In this document: positions 7,901 to 16,758 of the stretch, piece by piece
How positions within the stretch are numbered: the first letter of the stretch is position 1
Layout: each line of letters opens with the position of its first letter
Source: Mayamaea pseudoterrestris
Lineage: Eukaryota
DNA: 34,187 bases
Direction of reading: 5' to 3'
NCBI GenBank assembly: GCA_027923505.1
Contig: BROI01000009.1
Span: 1,054,001 to 1,088,187 of the forward strand
Program-made: the position numbers and the translations under genes
Notes under the pieces: model-generated
Database searches by the model: none
The model's input: only the letters and a program-made list of their open reading frames with translations
Told to the model about the DNA's origin: nothing

Positions 7901-10356
7901 AGCGTGATCGCTCCGGTTCTGACAGCGACTCGAGCGTGGAATCAATTGACGACGACCATGGAGATAATGAAGACTGCGTTGCAAGTGCTCCTCAGTTTCG
8001 ACGGGGCGTCGTTCCAGAGGAGCAGGGGGCAGCGGACGCAGCTACTACAGGCAATCAGAACAAGCGAGTAAGGTTCGAGTCAGCGGAAGACCATTTGGAT
8101 TCAACAGAAGCCTCGGATAGACTCGGCAGCCACCGCAACGTGGAGGTCGAGACGGTCAACGAGTCGGACGAAGAGGAAGACGAGGAGAACCGAACGCCAA
8201 GCACTGCTAACAATGGGAGCCGGTCTCGAGAGGAGCTTTTGCCAGGCTTCAATCCATTGGAGAACGATGGAATCGAGATGGCGGAGGAAGTTAACAACGC
8301 GTATTCCTCCACGCTCGAGAACGAACCATCCATTGGCGGCGCACATGTTCGAGCGATCCTTGGTCATGAATGGACTGAAGGGCGACTGCGACTGCAAGTC
8401 GTTTGGAATACGGAGCAGAAATCCTGGGAAGAGCTTCGTGACATGAAGGAAGATTATCCAAGGATGACGGCTCAGTACATCCTCGACAAGAACGTAACTC
8501 GAGCCAGAGCAACCGATCGAACGCTTTCGTGGGCTACAAAGGTTATTAGAGACTTGAATCGAGCCGTGAGGCGAGTGACGAGACTATATGACTTTCATCT
8601 GGACGACAACGACGAAGTTTACGCTGTTCGACGGACTCAGAATCGAAAGAAGAAGAAGACGTACACGGCTAAACCAGAGTTCAAGTACGGCGTTCAAGTA
8701 CCCAAGAACGTTCGAGAGGCTATTCGATTGGATGAAGCTAACGGCGATACGCATTGGCAAGACGCTATCAAGGCCGAGGTTGGATCGTTGACGGAGCTCG
8801 AGTGCTTTGATTTCAAGGGCGCCGGTTTCGTACCCGACTCTTGCTATCAGAAGACTACGCTCATGATGATCTTTACTGTCAAACAAGATATGCGGCGCAA
8901 AGCTAGGCTTGTTGCTGGAGGCCATTTGATTGATGCTTTGGATCATAACGTATACTCGTCGACGGTAAAAGGCATCAGCGTGAAGCTTCTCCACGTCATC
9001 GCTCACAAGGCGAATCTTCGACAAGTTTGCGGCGACGTTGCTAATGCTTACGTGAACGCTTTTACTAACGAAAAAGTATACGCTATTGCAGGACCAGAGT
9101 TTGGACCAGAGCTTGAAGGCAAGGTGGTCATTATCGTTAAGGCTCTTTACGGGCTATCGTCTTCGGGCGAACGATGGCACGCGCACTTTGCCGATACGCT
9201 CAGAGGCCTTGGCTTTGTTCCTACTGGATATGATAAGGATGTTTGGATCCGTCTTGCAGAAGACGGCAGCCATTATGAATACGTTTGCACTCACGTCGAC
9301 GATTTCATGTTGGTCGGCAAGAATCCAGAGGCAATAATGGAGGCCATTCAACTCGTCTATTCAGTCAAATCCATCGGCCCTCCCGATTACTACTTGGGTA
9401 ATGATTATAAGAAGGATCGGAAAGGACGATGGTGCATCGGTTGCAAGAAGTACTTGACGGAAGCAATCAAACGGGTCGAGCGCATGTTTGGAATGCTCAA
9501 GAAGTATACGAATCCAACTGAAACAGGCGACCACCCCGAAATTGATACGAGTACAATGCTTAATGATGATGAGCATCGAAAGTATCAAATGTTGATTGGA
9601 ATGCTCGTTTGGATCGTTACGATTGGACGAATTGATGTCGCTCACGCCACGTCCTCCCTCTCGAGATTTACTGCAGCTCCAAGGGACGGTCATCTCAAGC
9701 GAGTGCTGCGAGTATTTGGGTATCTAAAGAAGCGAGCGAATCGTAGGATCGTCGTTGATTCAAGAGACCCAGTTTATTCAGGCGCTGAAGACTCGCGAGC
9801 GATGGATCTTACCAAGGAGCTATCCGAGCAATACGCTAACGCGTTCGAGGAGATTGACGCGAGCCTTCCGCCAGCTCTTATAGACGAGATGCTCATTACA
9901 GTCTTTGTTGATTCTGATCATGCACACAATCAGTTAACAAGACGGTCCATAACGGGGATGCTGATTGTCGTCGGGCGGACGCCAGTCATGTATATGAGCA
10001 AGCGTCAAGGGGCAATAGAGACGTCCACATACGGAGCTGAATTCTGTGCGATGAAGACAGCTGTAGAGGAGCTCATTGCTGTACGTTATATGCTTCGATG
10101 CCTCGGCGTCAAGGTGTCGACGGCCAGTTTCATTTGTGGTGACAATATGGGCGTTATTCAGAACGCGACCTTGAGCAGCAGCGTCTTGAAGAAGAAGCAT
10201 GTTGCTATTGCTTACCATAAAACGCGAGAAGCGTCAGCGGCAGGGATCTGCCACCCTATCAAGATTGATGGATTGGACAACTTTGCAGACTGCCTCACGA
10301 AGGGGCAAACGCAGAAGGCGTTCAGTAAGTGTGTCGGCGGATTCATGCATGGCTAA
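4909..10356 (+). CDS. Copia Gag-Pol polyprotein, copy 1 (1815 aa)
   Basis: Protease-like IIDPGSE; integrase TDSDTFF/ITDNA/QNQAE; RT KARLVAGG, DVANAYVNA, KALYGL, HVDD; RNase H FVDSDHA, STYGAEF, GDNMGV, NFADCLTK. The frame is uninterrupted. Confidence 0.97.
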   Translation: MEAIVIALAGLTDEYVAALAAGGIISKDDLGIVSRLDITEALPQAPVMVRRKLELIGDYVFRGQELTVETTIPSIREYLSNQGNPQQPAGAPAAAAVAAAPKNNLRITVNPLDPFSGAIMDWERWEIKARDTINQSLYSTLLTTEPAADNANAQTASREFYSMLSRAVADGDAYHIVEGVENQDGFIAWKKLVDWYTSPVTGRSLVQFHRKKLQDARLDEDCTASSYINTFMTSSRKLDSLNAGLTDSIKLQDFLEGIVDEDYDVVVQGMKRQVGLTFDDAVKAIRGREQDLVDKANATGTHTPSTKARRAPGGANNNGSRNAIPFIPNFLLNTIKQDHIRKNLLKWRAIRNDEGREIRPDELIPDPDAGGHQGGDNKDRATQGSNKSHTATPKSARKSGKRGLKSRRVATVSAPSVKTRQTKTKLTGLGDSALKVFLKDEDEHAEDSCSDDEDDGVNEQADQNESSVSKSSRRRKKATKKLAAKTRRNPRSRRGRSADRPRAIIDPGSEINIIGGVGWEVIAAVNMSAKVDGALTGMEGKRLPIVCAVTVYEHPSKGPILLGVGSAAWDESPAQTESLFNSHMLREAGVTVEDKAERDGGASLIEVEGTTIKLDFVDEKTLSFYIRRPTQKELTELNVLWLIPRKFGLESGHKFTPSRRAPAESIPEKADWRIRLGNCPEFVAAKTLEATTQLCEAPVEMENRESPRQHRKQRLLALHPRRVEGRTDSDTFFSTVKSIRGYMCVQIFVAVTSKFLFARCMRKESESHGAYQDFIRYIGAPNVLITDNAQTQIGKKWTATSRNLAVRQKNTVPHNQQQNQAEGAVHLVKKRVILVLRAAQAPLVFWCYCLLFVIDCLNFTARKELEWRTPHERMYGMTPDISVFRFSFWQPVWYYEPTASFPHKNFLPGRFVGIAWDHGDAFTYRIWTTPEGVWEKGRELIRNVVQPRRDDEEVCSLIAIKETDLLLERQLDGGGSARSRKRRRQNRRKRSRNDTNAQRDRSGSDSDSSVESIDDDHGDNEDCVASAPQFRRGVVPEEQGAADAATTGNQNKRVRFESAEDHLDSTEASDRLGSHRNVEVETVNESDEEEDEENRTPSTANNGSRSREELLPGFNPLENDGIEMAEEVNNAYSSTLENEPSIGGAHVRAILGHEWTEGRLRLQVVWNTEQKSWEELRDMKEDYPRMTAQYILDKNVTRARATDRTLSWATKVIRDLNRAVRRVTRLYDFHLDDNDEVYAVRRTQNRKKKKTYTAKPEFKYGVQVPKNVREAIRLDEANGDTHWQDAIKAEVGSLTELECFDFKGAGFVPDSCYQKTTLMMIFTVKQDMRRKARLVAGGHLIDALDHNVYSSTVKGISVKLLHVIAHKANLRQVCGDVANAYVNAFTNEKVYAIAGPEFGPELEGKVVIIVKALYGLSSSGERWHAHFADTLRGLGFVPTGYDKDVWIRLAEDGSHYEYVCTHVDDFMLVGKNPEAIMEAIQLVYSVKSIGPPDYYLGNDYKKDRKGRWCIGCKKYLTEAIKRVERMFGMLKKYTNPTETGDHPEIDTSTMLNDDEHRKYQMLIGMLVWIVTIGRIDVAHATSSLSRFTAAPRDGHLKRVLRVFGYLKKRANRRIVVDSRDPVYSGAEDSRAMDLTKELSEQYANAFEEIDASLPPALIDEMLITVFVDSDHAHNQLTRRSITGMLIVVGRTPVMYMSKRQGAIETSTYGAEFCAMKTAVEELIAVRYMLRCLGVKVSTASFICGDNMGVIQNATLSSSVLKKKHVAIAYHKTREASAAGICHPIKIDGLDNFADCLTKGQTQKAFSKCVGGFMHG

Positions 10357-10437
10357 GGCGAGTTTGCAGAGGAGCGCTGCTTTAGTAATCTATTAGTATA
10401 TTGGTCTGTTGAAGAGAGCAGGGTTCTCCAGCGTCTC

Positions 10438-10445
10438 AAGAGGAG
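10438..10445 (+). other. Polypurine tract, copy 1
   Basis: AAGAGGAG directly abuts the TG of the 3' LTR. Confidence 0.8.
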
Positions 10446-10686
10446 TGATAGAAACTAGGTTTCCGGAGAGTGTGACACGCTGCAACTGACGCAACGGTAC
10501 TGGCCGAGTACACTGAAGGCGATACTAACTAGTCGACGGAGACGAGTTTAGTATAGCGGTAACTCAACTAGAAATACGGGACGGAGGACCACTTGTTGTT
10601 CGAAAGGACTCGGGTTGTTGCTATCTTCTGTCCTGGGCGCTAACGGGCCATTACAGTCTATAGGATAGAGTAGCAGCTATTTATCA
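10446..10686 (+). repeat. LTR 2 (3' LTR of copy 1)
   Basis: Same 241-bp sequence as LTR 1, preceded by the PPT. Confidence 0.97.
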
Positions 10687-10927
10687 TGATAGAAACTAGG
10701 TTTCCGGAGAGTGTGACACGCTGCAACTGACGCAACGGTACTGGCCGAGTACACTGAAGGCGATACTAACTAGTCGACGGAGACGAGTTTAGTATAGCGG
10801 TAACTCAACTAGAAATACGGGACGGAGGACCACTTGTTGTTCGAAAGGACTCGGGTTGTTGCTATCTTCTGTCCTGGGCGCTAACGGGCCATTACAGTCT
10901 ATAGGATAGAGTAGCAGCTATTTATCA
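10687..10927 (+). repeat. LTR 3 (5' LTR of copy 2)
   Basis: Begins at the base immediately after LTR 2 (TTTATCA|TGATAG) and is followed by the PBS-like GCTTATGAGACG at 10928. Confidence 0.97.
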
Positions 10928-10980
10928 GCTTATGAGACGTAGTCTGTATCACTGTCACAAACGAAACCAGAAAGATAAAC

Positions 10981-13900
10981 ATGGAGGCAATCGTCATCGC
11001 TTTGGCTGGTCTGACGGACGAGTACGTTGCTGCTTTGGCAGCAGGTGGAATCATCTCTAAAGACGATCTTGGCATCGTATCTCGCCTCGACATTACGGAG
11101 GCTTTACCCCAAGCTCCTGTGATGGTTCGGCGCAAGCTTGAGCTCATTGGCGATTACGTTTTCAGGGGACAAGAGCTAACGGTGGAGACGACGATTCCTT
11201 CCATTCGCGAATACCTGTCGAATCAAGGCAATCCTCAGCAACCAGCTGGAGCGCCTGCGGCTGCTGCAGTTGCTGCTGCACCGAAGAACAATCTTAGGAT
11301 TACGGTGAATCCTTTGGATCCGTTTTCGGGAGCCATTATGGATTGGGAGCGCTGGGAGATCAAAGCGAGGGACACGATCAATCAATCGCTGTACTCGACG
11401 CTGTTGACGACAGAGCCGGCCGCGGACAATGCGAACGCGCAGACGGCAAGCAGAGAGTTTTACTCAATGTTATCGCGAGCCGTCGCCGATGGTGATGCGT
11501 ATCACATTGTCGAGGGTGTTGAAAATCAAGACGGTTTCATCGCTTGGAAAAAGTTAGTCGACTGGTACACGTCGCCAGTAACGGGGCGTTCACTCGTTCA
11601 GTTTCATCGCAAGAAATTGCAGGATGCTAGATTGGACGAGGACTGTACGGCTAGCAGCTACATTAATACCTTCATGACAAGTTCTCGCAAGCTCGACTCG
11701 CTCAACGCTGGTTTGACGGACTCGATCAAGTTGCAAGATTTTTTAGAAGGCATTGTGGATGAAGACTACGACGTCGTCGTTCAAGGAATGAAGCGCCAAG
11801 TTGGTTTAACCTTTGATGATGCTGTTAAAGCTATCAGAGGGCGCGAGCAAGATCTTGTAGACAAGGCGAACGCTACAGGAACACACACTCCTTCGACCAA
11901 GGCTCGCCGCGCTCCTGGGGGCGCGAATAACAATGGATCGAGGAACGCTATTCCATTCATTCCGAATTTCCTATTGAACACCATTAAACAAGATCATATT
12001 CGCAAGAATCTGTTGAAGTGGCGCGCTATTCGAAATGACGAAGGAAGAGAAATTCGTCCTGACGAGTTGATCCCTGATCCAGATGCCGGCGGCCATCAAG
12101 GCGGCGACAACAAAGATAGGGCTACTCAAGGATCCAACAAGAGCCACACCGCTACCCCGAAGAGTGCTCGCAAGAGCGGAAAGCGTGGTTTAAAGAGTCG
12201 TCGAGTGGCGACGGTCAGTGCGCCGTCCGTCAAGACGCGACAAACCAAAACGAAGCTTACCGGTCTTGGAGACTCTGCTTTGAAGGTGTTCCTCAAGGAT
12301 GAGGACGAACACGCCGAAGACTCGTGTAGCGATGATGAAGATGATGGTGTTAATGAACAGGCCGATCAGAATGAGTCTTCCGTTAGCAAGTCCTCGCGCA
12401 GGAGGAAGAAGGCAACGAAGAAGCTTGCGGCGAAGACTCGCCGCAACCCAAGGAGTCGTCGAGGACGCTCGGCGGACAGACCCCGGGCAATCATCGATCC
12501 AGGGTCGGAAATTAACATCATTGGTGGCGTTGGATGGGAGGTTATTGCTGCGGTTAACATGTCTGCCAAGGTCGATGGCGCATTGACAGGAATGGAAGGC
12601 AAGCGGCTGCCAATCGTGTGTGCGGTGACCGTTTATGAGCACCCCAGCAAAGGACCTATTCTTCTTGGAGTTGGAAGCGCCGCGTGGGACGAGTCGCCTG
12701 CTCAAACTGAGTCTCTATTCAACTCACACATGCTACGCGAGGCAGGTGTTACGGTTGAAGACAAGGCTGAGCGCGACGGCGGAGCGTCACTCATTGAGGT
12801 AGAAGGAACGACTATTAAACTCGATTTCGTCGACGAAAAGACTCTTTCCTTCTACATACGCAGGCCAACACAGAAGGAGCTAACAGAGTTAAACGTACTG
12901 TGGCTCATACCGCGAAAGTTCGGGTTGGAATCCGGACACAAGTTTACACCATCGAGGCGAGCGCCTGCAGAATCAATCCCAGAGAAGGCCGACTGGCGAA
13001 TCAGATTAGGAAACTGTCCTGAGTTCGTTGCTGCCAAGACTTTGGAGGCGACTACGCAGTTGTGCGAAGCTCCCGTCGAGATGGAGAATAGAGAGAGTCC
13101 CCGACAGCATCGTAAACAACGCTTGCTTGCTTTGCATCCAAGGCGTGTTGAAGGACGCACGGATTCGGATACTTTCTTCTCTACAGTAAAATCCATTCGA
13201 GGTTACATGTGTGTCCAAATCTTTGTCGCTGTGACAAGCAAGTTTCTGTTTGCGCGTTGCATGCGCAAGGAATCTGAATCGCATGGCGCCTATCAGGATT
13301 TTATAAGGTACATTGGCGCTCCTAACGTTCTTATCACTGATAATGCTCAAACGCAGATTGGAAAGAAGTGGACAGCGACCAGTCGCAACCTTGCGGTTCG
13401 ACAAAAGAATACGGTACCTCACAACCAGCAGCAGAATCAAGCTGAAGGAGCAGTCCATCTTGTCAAGAAGCGAGTCATACTTGTACTGCGCGCGGCACAA
13501 GCTCCTCTTGTATTCTGGTGCTACTGTTTGCTCTTTGTTATCGACTGCCTCAATTTCACGGCGCGCAAGGAACTCGAATGGCGCACGCCACACGAAAGGA
13601 TGTATGGGATGACTCCCGATATATCAGTCTTTCGCTTCAGTTTCTGGCAACCAGTCTGGTACTATGAACCGACTGCAAGCTTTCCTCACAAGAACTTTCT
13701 TCCAGGACGTTTTGTAGGGATTGCTTGGGATCACGGCGACGCGTTTACGTATCGCATCTGGACGACCCCGGAAGGCGTCTGGGAGAAGGGGCGCGAGCTC
13801 ATTCGAAACGTGGTCCAACCACGCCGCGACGATGAGGAAGTTTGTAGTTTAATTGCTATAAAAGAAACTGATCTTTTACTCGAACGACAGCTTGATGGAG

Positions 13901-16428
13901 GAGGGTCTGCTAGGAGCAGAAAACGTCGACGCCAAAACCGTCGCAAACGGTCGCGGAACGACACCAACGCTCAGCGTGATCGCTCCGGTTCTGACAGCGA
14001 CTCGAGCGTGGAATCAATTGACGACGACCATGGAGATAATGAAGACTGCGTTGCAAGTGCTCCTCAGTTTCGACGGGGCGTCGTTCCAGAGGAGCAGGGG
14101 GCAGCGGACGCAGCTACTACAGGCAATCAGAACAAGCGAGTAAGGTTCGAGTCAGCGGAAGACCATTTGGATTCAACAGAAGCCTCGGATAGACTCGGCA
14201 GCCACCGCAACGTGGAGGTCGAGACGGTCAACGAGTCGGACGAAGAGGAAGACGAGGAGAACCGAACGCCAAGCACTGCTAACAATGGGAGCCGGTCTCG
14301 AGAGGAGCTTTTGCCAGGCTTCAATCCATTGGAGAACGATGGAATCGAGATGGCGGAGGAAGTTAACAACGCGTATTCCTCCACGCTCGAGAACGAACCA
14401 TCCATTGGCGGCGCACATGTTCGAGCGATCCTTGGTCATGAATGGACTGAAGGGCGACTGCGACTGCAAGTCGTTTGGAATACGGAGCAGAAATCCTGGG
14501 AAGAGCTTCGTGACATGAAGGAAGATTATCCAAGGATGACGGCTCAGTACATCCTCGACAAGAACGTAACTCGAGCCAGAGCAACCGATCGAACGCTTTC
14601 GTGGGCTACAAAGGTTATTAGAGACTTGAATCGAGCCGTGAGGCGAGTGACGAGACTATATGACTTTCATCTGGACGACAACGACGAAGTTTACGCTGTT
14701 CGACGGACTCAGAATCGAAAGAAGAAGAAGACGTACACGGCTAAACCAGAGTTCAAGTACGGCGTTCAAGTACCCAAGAACGTTCGAGAGGCTATTCGAT
14801 TGGATGAAGCTAACGGCGATACGCATTGGCAAGACGCTATCAAGGCCGAGGTTGGATCGTTGACGGAGCTCGAGTGCTTTGATTTCAAGGGCGCCGGTTT
14901 CGTACCCGACTCTTGCTATCAGAAGACTACGCTCATGATGATCTTTACTGTCAAACAAGATATGCGGCGCAAAGCTAGGCTTGTTGCTGGAGGCCATTTG
15001 ATTGATGCTTTGGATCATAACGTATACTCGTCGACGGTAAAAGGCATCAGCGTGAAGCTTCTCCACGTCATCGCTCACAAGGCGAATCTTCGACAAGTTT
15101 GCGGCGACGTTGCTAATGCTTACGTGAACGCTTTTACTAACGAAAAAGTATACGCTATTGCAGGACCAGAGTTTGGACCAGAGCTTGAAGGCAAGGTGGT
15201 CATTATCGTTAAGGCTCTTTACGGGCTATCGTCTTCGGGCGAACGATGGCACGCGCACTTTGCCGATACGCTCAGAGGCCTTGGCTTTGTTCCTACTGGA
15301 TATGATAAGGATGTTTGGATCCGTCTTGCAGAAGACGGCAGCCATTATGAATACGTTTGCACTCACGTCGACGATTTCATGTTGGTCGGCAAGAATCCAG
15401 AGGCAATAATGGAGGCCATTCAACTCGTCTATTCAGTCAAATCCATCGGCCCTCCCGATTACTACTTGGGTAATGATTATAAGAAGGATCGGAAAGGACG
15501 ATGGTGCATCGGTTGCAAGAAGTACTTGACGGAAGCAATCAAACGGGTCGAGCGCATGTTTGGAATGCTCAAGAAGTATACGAATCCAACTGAAACAGGC
15601 GACCACCCCGAAATTGATACGAGTACAATGCTTAATGATGATGAGCATCGAAAGTATCAAATGTTGATTGGAATGCTCGTTTGGATCGTTACGATTGGAC
15701 GAATTGATGTCGCTCACGCCACGTCCTCCCTCTCGAGATTTACTGCAGCTCCAAGGGACGGTCATCTCAAGCGAGTGCTGCGAGTATTTGGGTATCTAAA
15801 GAAGCGAGCGAATCGTAGGATCGTCGTTGATTCAAGAGACCCAGTTTATTCAGGCGCTGAAGACTCGCGAGCGATGGATCTTACCAAGGAGCTATCCGAG
15901 CAATACGCTAACGCGTTCGAGGAGATTGACGCGAGCCTTCCGCCAGCTCTTATAGACGAGATGCTCATTACAGTCTTTGTTGATTCTGATCATGCACACA
16001 ATCAGTTAACAAGACGGTCCATAACGGGGATGCTGATTGTCGTCGGGCGGACGCCAGTCATGTATATGAGCAAGCGTCAAGGGGCAATAGAGACGTCCAC
16101 ATACGGAGCTGAATTCTGTGCGATGAAGACAGCTGTAGAGGAGCTCATTGCTGTACGTTATATGCTTCGATGCCTCGGCGTCAAGGTGTCGACGGCCAGT
16201 TTCATTTGTGGTGACAATATGGGCGTTATTCAGAACGCGACCTTGAGCAGCAGCGTCTTGAAGAAGAAGCATGTTGCTATTGCTTACCATAAAACGCGAG
16301 AAGCGTCAGCGGCAGGGATCTGCCACCCTATCAAGATTGATGGATTGGACAACTTTGCAGACTGCCTCACGAAGGGGCAAACGCAGAAGGCGTTCAGTAA
16401 GTGTGTCGGCGGATTCATGCATGGCTAA
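10981..16428 (+). CDS. Copia Gag-Pol polyprotein, copy 2 (1815 aa)
   Basis: Translation identical to 4909-10356. Confidence 0.97.
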   Translation: MEAIVIALAGLTDEYVAALAAGGIISKDDLGIVSRLDITEALPQAPVMVRRKLELIGDYVFRGQELTVETTIPSIREYLSNQGNPQQPAGAPAAAAVAAAPKNNLRITVNPLDPFSGAIMDWERWEIKARDTINQSLYSTLLTTEPAADNANAQTASREFYSMLSRAVADGDAYHIVEGVENQDGFIAWKKLVDWYTSPVTGRSLVQFHRKKLQDARLDEDCTASSYINTFMTSSRKLDSLNAGLTDSIKLQDFLEGIVDEDYDVVVQGMKRQVGLTFDDAVKAIRGREQDLVDKANATGTHTPSTKARRAPGGANNNGSRNAIPFIPNFLLNTIKQDHIRKNLLKWRAIRNDEGREIRPDELIPDPDAGGHQGGDNKDRATQGSNKSHTATPKSARKSGKRGLKSRRVATVSAPSVKTRQTKTKLTGLGDSALKVFLKDEDEHAEDSCSDDEDDGVNEQADQNESSVSKSSRRRKKATKKLAAKTRRNPRSRRGRSADRPRAIIDPGSEINIIGGVGWEVIAAVNMSAKVDGALTGMEGKRLPIVCAVTVYEHPSKGPILLGVGSAAWDESPAQTESLFNSHMLREAGVTVEDKAERDGGASLIEVEGTTIKLDFVDEKTLSFYIRRPTQKELTELNVLWLIPRKFGLESGHKFTPSRRAPAESIPEKADWRIRLGNCPEFVAAKTLEATTQLCEAPVEMENRESPRQHRKQRLLALHPRRVEGRTDSDTFFSTVKSIRGYMCVQIFVAVTSKFLFARCMRKESESHGAYQDFIRYIGAPNVLITDNAQTQIGKKWTATSRNLAVRQKNTVPHNQQQNQAEGAVHLVKKRVILVLRAAQAPLVFWCYCLLFVIDCLNFTARKELEWRTPHERMYGMTPDISVFRFSFWQPVWYYEPTASFPHKNFLPGRFVGIAWDHGDAFTYRIWTTPEGVWEKGRELIRNVVQPRRDDEEVCSLIAIKETDLLLERQLDGGGSARSRKRRRQNRRKRSRNDTNAQRDRSGSDSDSSVESIDDDHGDNEDCVASAPQFRRGVVPEEQGAADAATTGNQNKRVRFESAEDHLDSTEASDRLGSHRNVEVETVNESDEEEDEENRTPSTANNGSRSREELLPGFNPLENDGIEMAEEVNNAYSSTLENEPSIGGAHVRAILGHEWTEGRLRLQVVWNTEQKSWEELRDMKEDYPRMTAQYILDKNVTRARATDRTLSWATKVIRDLNRAVRRVTRLYDFHLDDNDEVYAVRRTQNRKKKKTYTAKPEFKYGVQVPKNVREAIRLDEANGDTHWQDAIKAEVGSLTELECFDFKGAGFVPDSCYQKTTLMMIFTVKQDMRRKARLVAGGHLIDALDHNVYSSTVKGISVKLLHVIAHKANLRQVCGDVANAYVNAFTNEKVYAIAGPEFGPELEGKVVIIVKALYGLSSSGERWHAHFADTLRGLGFVPTGYDKDVWIRLAEDGSHYEYVCTHVDDFMLVGKNPEAIMEAIQLVYSVKSIGPPDYYLGNDYKKDRKGRWCIGCKKYLTEAIKRVERMFGMLKKYTNPTETGDHPEIDTSTMLNDDEHRKYQMLIGMLVWIVTIGRIDVAHATSSLSRFTAAPRDGHLKRVLRVFGYLKKRANRRIVVDSRDPVYSGAEDSRAMDLTKELSEQYANAFEEIDASLPPALIDEMLITVFVDSDHAHNQLTRRSITGMLIVVGRTPVMYMSKRQGAIETSTYGAEFCAMKTAVEELIAVRYMLRCLGVKVSTASFICGDNMGVIQNATLSSSVLKKKHVAIAYHKTREASAAGICHPIKIDGLDNFADCLTKGQTQKAFSKCVGGFMHG

Positions 16429-16517
16429 GGCGAGTTTGCAGAGGAGCGCTGCTTTAGTAATCTATTAGTATATTGGTCTGTTGAAGAGAGCAGGGTTCTC
16501 CAGCGTCTCAAGAGGAG

Positions 16518-16758
16518 TGATAGAAACTAGGTTTCCGGAGAGTGTGACACGCTGCAACTGACGCAACGGTACTGGCCGAGTACACTGAAGGCGATACTAA
16601 CTAGTCGACGGAGACGAGTTTAGTATAGCGGTAACTCAACTAGAAATACGGGACGGAGGACCACTTGTTGTTCGAAAGGACTCGGGTTGTTGCTATCTTC
16701 TGTCCTGGGCGCTAACGGGCCATTACAGTCTATAGGATAGAGTAGCAGCTATTTATCA
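16518..16758 (+). repeat. LTR 4 (3' LTR of copy 2)
   Basis: Same 241-bp sequence, preceded by PPT AAGAGGAG (16510-16517) and followed by unique sequence ATTGCGCC. Confidence 0.97.

Larger units (their letters stand above)
4615..10686 (+). mobile_element. Ty1/copia LTR retrotransposon (diatom CoDi-like), full-length copy 1, 6072 bp
   Basis: 241-bp LTRs (TGATA...TATCA) at both ends. Single ORF with gag-PR-IN-RT-RNaseH order. PBS-like site after the 5' LTR and PPT before the 3' LTR. Confidence 0.97.
10687..16758 (+). mobile_element. Ty1/copia LTR retrotransposon, full-length copy 2, 6072 bp, directly fused to copy 1
   Basis: All ORFs of copy 1 recur at an offset of exactly 6072 bp with identical translations. 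It has its own pair of LTRs. Confidence 0.97.

Noticed and set aside
5104..10218. Antisense ORFs inside the retrotransposon (for example 6118-6633, 6934-7521, 8584-9024)
   Set aside because: Shadows of the long pol frame; no env-like or other domain is recognisable.
4615..16758. Four 241-bp repeats as a CRISPR-like or DIRS-type split repeat system
   Set aside because: The repeats are TG...CA LTRs with a PBS and PPT, and the ORF has a DDE integrase in copia order with no tyrosine recombinase or cas genes.
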